Part shown: one piece after another, positions 37,420-46,222 of the stretch | How positions within the stretch are numbered: the stretch's first letter is position 1 | Layout: the number at the start of each line of letters is the position of its first letter | Notes under the pieces: model-generated | Databases searched by the model: none | The model's input: the letters and a program-made list of their open reading frames with translations, nothing else | Told to the model about the DNA's origin: nothing | Position numbers and translations under genes: made by a program | IMG/VR virus record: IMGVR_UViG_3300042887_001883 | Location: 1-64,000 of that record | Reading direction: 5' to 3' (one strand) | Length of the DNA stretch: 64,000 bases | Origin: a virus

Positions 37420-38928
37420 ATGACAAATTATAATAGATATATCCCCGAACCAATACTCCAAAATAGTGCTTTTCAATTATCAAATGATGATAAAGCTAAT
37501 AGATTAATGAATGATTATGTCACTGAAGGTCTTATCATCGGTGGCACCCCTATTAAAGTATTTAAATTATTAGGAATTCATGAACAAAAATCATTAACCG
37601 CATTAGATGGTAAATTAATAACTAATGGTGAATATCCTGATTATCCTATCCTAAATCTAAAATCTGATGATTGTACCGAATGGCGTTCTATTAAATATTG
37701 TGGGACCCGTTCACCAGATACCTTTATAGGGTATGATTTTGGTCCTATCCTTTATGAAGATGGTGGTACAAAATATGCCATTGATACACAGAAAAAATAT
37801 CATGTCACCTCTATATTCATTCAACAAGGTGAACTATCTAAAAATAGAATAACTAAAGCTAGAATAGAAAATTCGGAAGATGGTAAATCATGGAAAGGTG
37901 TTTCATTAGTTAACCTTCATGATGATGAAAATGAACATTGGCTAGATATTAAACAATCATTTCCTGCTAGATACTGGAGAATAGTTCCTATTGTTTATAT
38001 TGGTACCGAAAATGATTTGTGGATTGTTAAAAAATTTGCATTATCCGAATATCTAAAAACAAGTATTACCAATATCCAAGATAGTATCTTTATGGAAAAT
38101 AGAGACCGTGCCTATTCTATGGACCCCATTGATATTAAAGCATATTATAGTTTAATAGATATTACCACAGATTTAACACAATATGGTATTCAATTATCTG
38201 ACCAATATACTTTTAAATTTGGGTTTAATTTAACCATCAATAAATTAAAAAGACCTATCGTCATTGGTGATATTTTAGAAATACCATGTGAAGTACAATT
38301 TGATATCAATATGAATCCTGTTAGAAAATATCTTGAAATTACAGATGTTGGTTGGGATAGTGCAGGATTTACTCCAGGTTGGCAATCTACAATATACTCA
38401 GTTATTGCAAAACCTATGTTAGCATCTCAAGAAACTATGGATATTGTTGGTGACTTAAATAATGATTTCTTTGAAAATGTACTAGATACCTATAATTCAA
38501 CAGCTTTGAAAGTATCTAATAATGTTAAAGCTGAAGCTAATACCAATGTCCCCGAATTTGGGGCAAATATTAATGATACCATAACAATTCCTACTAATAT
38601 TATTGATAATGCTGCTAAATTTGGTGTTAATCTTAATAAATTAAATCCTGACCCATTAGGGTATGGTTTAGAAGATGCTATGCCTCCCAATAATGCCCCA
38701 TATACGGAAGGTGATGAATATCCTAAAAAACCTAATAGTGGTGATTATCATAGATTAACCTATAGTAAATTATCTGACCCTATCCCACCTAGATTATATC
38801 AATATAGTTCTATTAAAAATAGATGGATATTCCTAGAATCGGATAAACGGTTTTCCTCTAATAGTAAAAAACCACAATTAAATGAATATTTGAATAGTGG
38901 CGTAGATATTACAAAAATTGTAAAGTAA
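37420..38928 (+). CDS. gp14: Neck protein gp14-like with an inserted discoidin/F5-8-type-C-like domain
   Basis: E.L.IGG..IKVFKLLG; IQD..F.ENRDR.Y; DL.QYG; GDILEIP; PPRLYQY. Insert W-R-S..GYDFG..IQQG..SEDGKSW..ARYWRI. Confidence 0.75.
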   Translation: MTNYNRYIPEPILQNSAFQLSNDDKANRLMNDYVTEGLIIGGTPIKVFKLLGIHEQKSLTALDGKLITNGEYPDYPILNLKSDDCTEWRSIKYCGTRSPDTFIGYDFGPILYEDGGTKYAIDTQKKYHVTSIFIQQGELSKNRITKARIENSEDGKSWKGVSLVNLHDDENEHWLDIKQSFPARYWRIVPIVYIGTENDLWIVKKFALSEYLKTSITNIQDSIFMENRDRAYSMDPIDIKAYYSLIDITTDLTQYGIQLSDQYTFKFGFNLTINKLKRPIVIGDILEIPCEVQFDINMNPVRKYLEITDVGWDSAGFTPGWQSTIYSVIAKPMLASQETMDIVGDLNNDFFENVLDTYNSTALKVSNNVKAEANTNVPEFGANINDTITIPTNIIDNAAKFGVNLNKLNPDPLGYGLEDAMPPNNAPYTEGDEYPKKPNSGDYHRLTYSKLSDPIPPRLYQYSSIKNRWIFLESDKRFSSNSKKPQLNEYLNSGVDITKIVK

Positions 38929-38956
38929 AAAAAACCCCGCCTTGGCGGGGTTTTTT
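38927..38956. terminator. Bidirectional rho-independent terminator
   Basis: A8-CCCCGCC-TT-GGCGGGG-T6. Confidence 0.9.
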
Positions 38957-38968
38957 ATGACTATCTAC

Positions 38969-41620
38969 TTAGTTTGAAATAGAATCGCCAGTTCTTACTA
39001 ATGTGATTGGAATGTAAATGAATTCCACTGTTTTAGTAGGTTTCAATGCAATTTGAACTTCTAATTCATTTCTGTCAATCATATCGGCAGTATTGTTAGA
39101 AGAATCACATAGTACCGCAAATTCATATAATCCACGACCTACTTGAATACTATGTAAGAATGATGTTACAACTGATGTCAATCCTTTTCTAGTAATATCA
39201 TCATTAGGTTGCATTAAATAATTATATGCTATTTTTCTAACACCACGTCTAATATAGGCAACCATTCGGGAAACATTCAAACGGTCTAAAGATGAATTGA
39301 ATGCTAAATTAACTCTGGTTTTTTGACCCCAAACAGCAATACCATATTGTACCGAATCATGAATAGGATTGATATTACATGCATTATACAAACTATCTCT
39401 CATACCTTGATTCAATCGTACACGTTCGAAGGTTGCCGCAGATGTACCGATTGCACCATTTGCAGTATTAACATAACCTACCGCAGATACACTGGAAATA
39501 CCAGATAATGAACCACGGTTAGGACCAGCAGGTGCGGCCCATACATTACCAATACTATCACTATACGCCATGACAGTTAACGCCATTGCTGATGATGGAC
39601 ATAACACATCATAACCATCTAAATTAGATGTATAACCATGTGGATAGTAATATGCAATCAAACCACGGTTATCAGAACGAATATTATTACCAGTAGAAAC
39701 AACAGAACTTTCATTAACTTGTTGTCCCCATCTAATAGCATCTCTTGGTGATAAGTCCATAGGAACATCACCAATAACAATAGTTTCTTGATTAACTCTA
39801 TCAGCTAATGTCAATAATTCATCCGCTACTTCAGGAAAACCGGGGCATAACATGATATTGAATTCATAACCTTCAGAGGCAATATCACTACCAAATTCAG
39901 GTTTAATATCCATATTCAAACTAGCATTATCTTGAATTACTTGTGCTAAACGTCTAACTACTTCTAATCTACGGGTAGCATCGGTATTATTAGATGTTAA
40001 ATTAAAACTACCAGATTGCAATGCATTAGATGGATGTGTAACAAAAAACCAACTATCAGTTTTAATATAATCACGGAATGCAGTATCTACCAAACTACCA
40101 AATTGTGCAACACTCAAACCTTGTTTAGTATTAACAAAATTAGTAATATTTAATGAGCCGCCAAAGTTTGAAGTACCATTACCAACTAATGGCGATGATG
40201 TGTTTGCTGCAACAGTTAATTCACCAATATTGGTCGTTACTGAAGTTAGTGTATCTGTATAGAAAATAGTGAATACTTTTCCATCAGTATTGGTAAAATT
40301 GAATACATTGCCAGTTACTTCTTTGGCATATAACAAACTTTTCGTTACATCTTTGATAATACCAGTAAATTTACCAACAATGGTAGTACCGTGATATCTG
40401 TTACCAGATACAACATAATCTACTGTTGCTACAGATTGTGTTGTAGCATTAGGTAATGATGCATCAGCAGGTGGTAAAAATACATTTTTTACATAACCAG
40501 TGATTTGTAAAACATCATTATAACCAGAAGGTAATGATAATGTTAATGATGATGGTAATGTATTATAACTAACTGTTACTGAACCCAATGAATATGGATG
40601 TAATTTAGATTCTAATAAACCTTTAGTACCAAAGAATGGAGTAGTTTTTGAAGAGTCATTAGTTAAAATGTCAGAAATAGCTGTTCTTACTTGGGTGTGA
40701 ATAGTTCTAGCACCTTCTAATAAGATATCATGAACTTTTACATCTGATGTATATGATGATGCAGAACTACCGGTCAATGTTGTAGAATAGATAGGGTCTT
40801 GATATTTGAAATAAGTATATTTCATTCCATCAGGATTAGAACCATCTTTTGATATAGTATTGTAGAAATTACCACCTAGTACTGCTGATAAATTGAATTT
40901 TAAATTAGCTGAATTGGTATATCTATCTTTGAATGAACTTGTTGATTGTGAATATTGTTCAATAGCTACATCAATAATTTCATCTAAAATATCATTATAA
41001 TATTCTTTACTAGCTACACCGGCATGATATGCTACGATGCTTGCTTTTTGTGCTGCCGATAATGTTGAGTCCGCAGTAGTACGAATTTCGCCAGTAGTGG
41101 TATCAATCAAATCTGATGTCAAGGTGAATAATTCATGCCCACCTAAGAATTGTTTTTCTGGGGATGTATCACCATTGTTACGTTGACTTAACTCTTGACC
41201 AGCCAATTGTTTAGCAACATTTACTGCATCAACCGTAGATTTTTCCCATAATAATTGCAAACTTTCAACGTCATCATCCAAATCAATATTTGCACGAATA
41301 ACGTATGCACGACTACCAACTTTTAAAAATTGATTTAATGCTAATAAACCATATTCGTTTCTGCAATCACCATGATAAGGTTGGTCATAAACATCACGAT
41401 AAAAAACTGGTACACCATATAATTCAATACTTTCTCTTAATGATGTTACTAATCTCGGAACCCCAGCTTCAATCGTACCTTGCGCTAGGACGTTTGAATT
41501 TGGTTGGGTCTTTCCATATTTGGTTGCGATAAAAAATAGAGGCACAGTATTGGAGGTGGTAGCAGTATAAATAGATTTATCTGTTACCGTCACCTGTACG
41601 CCTGGGCTTAATAATGCCAT
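38969..41620 (-). CDS. gp18: Tail sheath protein (gp18-like)
   Basis: LSPGVQVTVTD, WAAPAG.NRG, LY..INPI, WGQKT, SSLDRLNVSR, V.CD.SNNT..IDRNEL.V.I..KP.K.VEFIYIPI. Confidence 0.95.
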   Translation of the reverse strand: MALLSPGVQVTVTDKSIYTATTSNTVPLFFIATKYGKTQPNSNVLAQGTIEAGVPRLVTSLRESIELYGVPVFYRDVYDQPYHGDCRNEYGLLALNQFLKVGSRAYVIRANIDLDDDVESLQLLWEKSTVDAVNVAKQLAGQELSQRNNGDTSPEKQFLGGHELFTLTSDLIDTTTGEIRTTADSTLSAAQKASIVAYHAGVASKEYYNDILDEIIDVAIEQYSQSTSSFKDRYTNSANLKFNLSAVLGGNFYNTISKDGSNPDGMKYTYFKYQDPIYSTTLTGSSASSYTSDVKVHDILLEGARTIHTQVRTAISDILTNDSSKTTPFFGTKGLLESKLHPYSLGSVTVSYNTLPSSLTLSLPSGYNDVLQITGYVKNVFLPPADASLPNATTQSVATVDYVVSGNRYHGTTIVGKFTGIIKDVTKSLLYAKEVTGNVFNFTNTDGKVFTIFYTDTLTSVTTNIGELTVAANTSSPLVGNGTSNFGGSLNITNFVNTKQGLSVAQFGSLVDTAFRDYIKTDSWFFVTHPSNALQSGSFNLTSNNTDATRRLEVVRRLAQVIQDNASLNMDIKPEFGSDIASEGYEFNIMLCPGFPEVADELLTLADRVNQETIVIGDVPMDLSPRDAIRWGQQVNESSVVSTGNNIRSDNRGLIAYYYPHGYTSNLDGYDVLCPSSAMALTVMAYSDSIGNVWAAPAGPNRGSLSGISSVSAVGYVNTANGAIGTSAATFERVRLNQGMRDSLYNACNINPIHDSVQYGIAVWGQKTRVNLAFNSSLDRLNVSRMVAYIRRGVRKIAYNYLMQPNDDITRKGLTSVVTSFLHSIQVGRGLYEFAVLCDSSNNTADMIDRNELEVQIALKPTKTVEFIYIPITLVRTGDSISN

Positions 41621-41660
41621 AATAAAACTCCTGAAAAATTGTACAATTTTTAATATTACT

Positions 41661-41684
41661 TATTTATGCAATTTTTCATAAATA
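41661..41684. promoter_or_regulatory. Divergent late promoters for the sheath and tube genes
   Basis: TATTTATG (minus-strand CATAAATA) and CATAAATA (41677-41684). Both genes have SD CAGGAG. Confidence 0.7.
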
Positions 41685-41721
41685 TGATTTATATAATTAT
41701 ATTTTCAGGAGTTTTTTTAAT

Positions 41722-42339
41722 ATGGCAACTATACTCGATATCGGTATTGATAGTGCAAATATGGGTGTGTATCACCCAAAAATGAAAAATAGATGGAAAG
41801 TGGTTTTTTATCAACCTGGTATATCATCTGCAACCAATTCAGATGCATCTGTTCGTGATGCATTCACTATGCAATGTACAAAATTTGATAGACCAAAAGT
41901 ATCTATGGAAGAAGTACAATTACATAGATATAACTCAGTTGTTAAAGTAGCACAATCAAAATATTCATTCGGTGATATTAATATGACCATTGAAGATGAT
42001 GTTACCAACAATGCAGCTAAAAAATTGCAAGGTTTATTTGAAAATCAACAAATGTTGATTGGCCAACGTTCTAATCCTTTAATGCGTACTGCTAGAACCG
42101 CTAGTGAATATAAATTTGGTTGTTCTTTTCAAATGTTGGATGGTGGTGATGATTATGTAGAACAATGGAACCTTTCAGGTTGCTGGTTCAAAAATATTGA
42201 TTGGGGCGATATGGATTATTCTGATGGTGGTATTGTTACTATTAGTATCACATTGTCTATTGACCATGCGCAACAAATATTTGGTAACCTACTCACCTCT
42301 AATGGCCAATCTAGTAATTCGGCAATCGGCGGATTATAA
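41722..42339 (+). CDS. gp19: Tail tube protein (gp19-like)
   Basis: PKMKNRWKVVF, DRPKVS.EEV, DD.TN, LDGG...EQWNLSGCW...WGDMDYS. Confidence 0.88.
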   Translation: MATILDIGIDSANMGVYHPKMKNRWKVVFYQPGISSATNSDASVRDAFTMQCTKFDRPKVSMEEVQLHRYNSVVKVAQSKYSFGDINMTIEDDVTNNAAKKLQGLFENQQMLIGQRSNPLMRTARTASEYKFGCSFQMLDGGDDYVEQWNLSGCWFKNIDWGDMDYSDGGIVTISITLSIDHAQQIFGNLLTSNGQSSNSAIGGL

Positions 42340-42345
42340 AATTTT

Positions 42346-43587
42346 ATGAGCATGTTTAGTTTACTTAACAATTTTGAAAAAGATATTGTTCAACAAACTA
42401 CCAATGCTGCTGTACTTGGCGTTGTTAATAATACTATACCAAATAATAGTCAACAATTATTAGAGACTGATAAAACTACTTACACCAATACAGCCTCGAA
42501 AGAAATGTTGGAATATCTTGGTATCAATACTAATAACGCCAAATATTTAACCGTTACACAACAAACTATTATTGATGATGCAAAGAATGCAGCCTCAAGA
42601 ATCGTTGATGCAAAAGTAAATGGGTCATTGACAGAAAATAATGTTCAACAAATATCTAGTTATATTAGCAATGAAGCATTAAAATATAATACCTCACCAT
42701 TAGGTCAAGTTGCCAATGATGTGAATATCATTTCAGATGCCCAAGCAACTCTAATAAAGTCAGTGACACCCACTACTTTAGCATATGCCAATCCTACACA
42801 ACCACCTGCCGATTCTACCAATACTAATAAACCAGATGCTGCGAATGATTATACCAGTGCAAATGGAACTATTGGATTATTATCTAGTAGTTTTAATTAT
42901 GCCCAAGTATTAAATAGTTTCCCACCTAAGGCAAAATTTACATATATTGTAGAATTTATATTCTATTCAGAATATGACCAAGATGTACCTAGTAATTTTG
43001 TATCATTAACAAAAAAATTCGATAGACCAGAAATCTCTATAGAATATGAAGAAGTTAATTATTATAACTTCAGAACAAATGTTCCAAAGAAAACAAATTA
43101 TGGTCCAGTATCCGTAGAATTACATGATGATGTACAAAATGAATCAATGAATTTTGTCGTTTCCTATTTAAGACGAATTAGTCCATTATTCAATCAACAA
43201 TATACTACAACACTAGAACAAAATGGTATGAATCCTGAAAATTCGTCAGCTTCATATGGACTTTACACCCAATACGATAATACTAATATTATTCAATCTA
43301 TTAACGTTTATCATCTATACAACATGTCTAATACCATGGATAAACATACATTCAATAATCCAAAAATCGAAAAGGTGTCTATGTCAGAATTAAATATGGC
43401 AGAAACTGATGGTAGCACAATTTCTTTATCTTTCATATATGATAACTATTTCTTAAATACTGGTATTAAAACAGATATTCCAAATAATCCATTAGACTTC
43501 CCAGAATTAAAAGCATTGTATCCAGATTCTAAAACATTCCACGGGGCACAATATGATAAAAAGTTTACAAATTATACAAATAGATAA
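42346..43587 (+). CDS. Tube-like baseplate protein (gp19/gp54-type tube initiator) with an N-terminal extension
   Basis: PKAKFTYIVEF, KKFDRP.I..EE.NYYN.R....KTNYGPV.VELHDD, NP.I...EL.M..LSFIYD. Confidence 0.7.
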   Translation: MSMFSLLNNFEKDIVQQTTNAAVLGVVNNTIPNNSQQLLETDKTTYTNTASKEMLEYLGINTNNAKYLTVTQQTIIDDAKNAASRIVDAKVNGSLTENNVQQISSYISNEALKYNTSPLGQVANDVNIISDAQATLIKSVTPTTLAYANPTQPPADSTNTNKPDAANDYTSANGTIGLLSSSFNYAQVLNSFPPKAKFTYIVEFIFYSEYDQDVPSNFVSLTKKFDRPEISIEYEEVNYYNFRTNVPKKTNYGPVSVELHDDVQNESMNFVVSYLRRISPLFNQQYTTTLEQNGMNPENSSASYGLYTQYDNTNIIQSINVYHLYNMSNTMDKHTFNNPKIEKVSMSELNMAETDGSTISLSFIYDNYFLNTGIKTDIPNNPLDFPELKALYPDSKTFHGAQYDKKFTNYTNR

Positions 43588-44021
43588 TGGCCAGATTCCA
43601 ACAAGGTCTATACGTACCTAAAAATCCCGAAAAATATATCGGCGATGTTACCAAAATTAGATATATGTCTTCCTGGGAATTATCTATGCATAAATTCCTT
43701 GATAATAATATTAGAATTCTAAAATGGTCTTCTGAAACTATCGCAATACCCTATATAAAACCCACCGATAATAAAATTCACAAATATTATCCAGATTACT
43801 TCGTAGAATATGTTGATAAATCTAATAAAATTAGAAGAATCATCATAGAAGTTAAACCACATGCCCAAACCAGAAAGACTAGAGCACGTTCAGAAAAAAA
43901 TAGACTATATGAAAATGTTCAATATAGTGTCAATATTGCCAAATGGGCGGCAGCCAAAGACTTCTGTAAACAACATGGTTTAGAATTCCAAATTGTTACA
44001 GAAAAAAATATGTTTTCATAA
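43587..44021 (+). CDS. gp4: Head completion nuclease (gp4-like)
   Basis: QG.Y.PKNPEKYIGD..YMSSWE..WSSE...IPY..YYPDY..IEVKP..N.AKW.AA..TEK. Confidence 0.92.
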   Translation: MARFQQGLYVPKNPEKYIGDVTKIRYMSSWELSMHKFLDNNIRILKWSSETIAIPYIKPTDNKIHKYYPDYFVEYVDKSNKIRRIIIEVKPHAQTRKTRARSEKNRLYENVQYSVNIAKWAAAKDFCKQHGLEFQIVTEKNMFS

Positions 44022-44069
44022 TCACTATTTTTACAGATAAATATTCATTTTACTTACTAATGTATTATT

Positions 44070-44480
44070 ATGTCTGAAAAATTTGTAAATCATTCATTTG
44101 AATCTCTATTTGATATTGAAGATGGTACTACCGTCATCGAACAAGAATCGTTACCCGTTGTACATAATTCAGAATGTGAATTATACGATAACAAAGATTC
44201 TGAAATAGAAGAACAATATCAAATCATCTTTAATGCTGCCTTACAGGCATACTCTAATCAAATTGTAGCTATTGAACGTGGCGGTGACCCGGCTACTAAT
44301 CATAAGGTATTAGATGTTGCTAATAACTTTTTAAAAACTGCACTAGAATCTACCAAAGCTAAAGCAGAATTGAAAAAATCTAAAGATAAAAATATTATTG
44401 CATCATCTACCAAAAATATTACCAATAATAATCTTATCATTGACCGTAACGAATTGTTAAAACAATTACTTAATAATTGA
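44070..44480 (+). CDS. terS: Probable terminase small subunit (gp16-like)
   Basis: Helical protein ending TNNNLIIDRNELLKQL, upstream of terL. GATAAATA at 44036. Confidence 0.65.
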   Translation: MSEKFVNHSFESLFDIEDGTTVIEQESLPVVHNSECELYDNKDSEIEEQYQIIFNAALQAYSNQIVAIERGGDPATNHKVLDVANNFLKTALESTKAKAELKKSKDKNIIASSTKNITNNNLIIDRNELLKQLLNN

Positions 44481-44500
44481 TAATGGTAGAAATATTGTTG

Positions 44501-44526
44501 AAAAGCCTCCCCGAAGGGAGGCTTTT
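44501..44526. terminator. Bidirectional rho-independent terminator
   Basis: A4-GCCTCCC-CGAA-GGGAGGC-T4. Confidence 0.85.
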
Positions 44527-44569
44527 CTTATAGTTGTTAGCCTTTAATAATAGTAAATCTTATTAAAGG

Positions 44570-46060
44570 CTATCCATAATTTGCAAACTCACCATGATAT
44601 GCTGAAGCAGCCTCACAGTAGGCTTGGTGAGCATCTTCAGGAGTTGGGAAGAATCCTAGACTAACTGTTTTTCCATTATTATCTCTAATGACAGATTTCC
44701 AAGTATTATTATCAACTTTCTGGACACCTTTATATCCTGTGGTATTATGTGATTTCTTACCAATATTTTGCACATTTTGACGAGGGGTGGCTTCTCTCAA
44801 ATTATCCCAATTATTATTAAGTTTATCACCATCAATATGGTCAATAAATTTATCCGTGTCCTTACCTGTCATTAATTTCCAAATAACTCTATGTAAGAGA
44901 TATGTGCTATAATTAATAGTAAATCTATAATATCCATGCGAATTAATGGTATTAATTTCTTTACCAGCCGTTTGTGAATTGGTAGTAATCATATTACTAC
45001 TATTTTTAAAATGGTGTAATGGGCGTTCTTTCCATACTGCTATACCAGTTTCTGGATTGTAATCAATACATTCTTTTAAATATTCTAATGATAAATCAGC
45101 TAATTCTGTTTTTTTAGCATCATTTGTTCTACCTACTGATGCTTCACGCAAATTTTCGAATCTATTGTTTAGTTTATTACCATCAATATGTTCAATTGTA
45201 TTAGTAGGATATTCACCATTCATCAATTTCCAAATAACGCGATGTGCATAATTTTTTATACCATTAACTTTAAATGAAATATACCCATTACCAGAAATTC
45301 CAACAATAATGGTTCCGGGATACTTATTATTAAACTCATTACATTTACCAACAGTATTAAAATGGTGTACTGGTCTTGTTTTCCATATCAATTCACCAGT
45401 TTCTTTGTTATATTCCACACATTCATTTATATAATCTAATGATAATTCATTAGATGTTTTTTTCTTTTTATCGAAAATACTACCTGCATTTTCATTAAAT
45501 ATTGGCATATGATTTCCATAATTCGCAAATTTCCCATGCAATTCTCTTGCAGCAGTACAATATGCTGCATATGCTTCATCTTCTGTACGATATGTACCTA
45601 ATTCATAAGTAACACCGTTATTTTTAATTTGTGCTCGATAACGATTAGTGGATTTTTTATATGACACACCTTTCTTTTTATCACTATTCAATTGTGTATT
45701 TCTATTACTGTTGTTATTAGATGATGATGCTTCTCTCAAATTATCCCATTTATTATTTAATGGGTCATTATCAATATGGTCGATACTATCGGTAGGGTCA
45801 CTATGTGTCACATATTTCCAAATCAATCTATGTAATGAATACCGTTGACCGTTTAATACAATGTGTACATAACCATTGGCATGTGGTTGAACATCAATAA
45901 CAGTATTAGCACGTTTTTTATTTTCTCGTTCCATGACATGTTCATTCGCATAATGATGTAATGGACGCGATTTCCATGTGCAAAGACCTGTATTTTTATC
46001 ATAATCGAAACATTCGTGAATAAATTCTACTGATGGTATTTTTTTTACTATTGTTGCCAT
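44570..46060 (-). CDS. Free-standing HNH homing endonuclease with three HNH modules and two AP2-like domains
   Basis: HR.IW..(I)DHID..NN..NLREA three times; GV..(Y/W)RA.I..LG.(Y/F).T.E.A..AYC.AA..HG.FA twice. Start set at 46060, downstream of the promoter. Confidence 0.88.
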   Translation of the reverse strand: MATIVKKIPSVEFIHECFDYDKNTGLCTWKSRPLHHYANEHVMERENKKRANTVIDVQPHANGYVHIVLNGQRYSLHRLIWKYVTHSDPTDSIDHIDNDPLNNKWDNLREASSSNNNSNRNTQLNSDKKKGVSYKKSTNRYRAQIKNNGVTYELGTYRTEDEAYAAYCTAARELHGKFANYGNHMPIFNENAGSIFDKKKKTSNELSLDYINECVEYNKETGELIWKTRPVHHFNTVGKCNEFNNKYPGTIIVGISGNGYISFKVNGIKNYAHRVIWKLMNGEYPTNTIEHIDGNKLNNRFENLREASVGRTNDAKKTELADLSLEYLKECIDYNPETGIAVWKERPLHHFKNSSNMITTNSQTAGKEINTINSHGYYRFTINYSTYLLHRVIWKLMTGKDTDKFIDHIDGDKLNNNWDNLREATPRQNVQNIGKKSHNTTGYKGVQKVDNNTWKSVIRDNNGKTVSLGFFPTPEDAHQAYCEAASAYHGEFANYG

Positions 46061-46097
46061 AATTTTAAATCCTTTGTATCTAGTTAAATGAGATTTC

Positions 46098-46125
46098 ATT
46101 ATACCATATTTATTTTGTTTGTCAA
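46098..46125 (-). promoter_or_regulatory. Consensus sigma70 promoter for the HNH gene
   Basis: Minus strand TTGACA-N16-TATAAT with extended -10 TG. Confidence 0.8.
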
Positions 46126-46222
46126 TCGGGGAAGAGTACGGTTAATAAAAAATATTATGTTGGTAATTTATGAAAATAAATATTGTTTTATAAATCAATA
46201 AATTACGAAAAGGAATTAATTT

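Noticed and set aside
43587-44021. TnsA-like transposase of a Tn7 element
   Set aside because: Motifs and context match the T4 gp4 head-completion nuclease, which shares that fold. No tnsB/tnsC or transposon ends.
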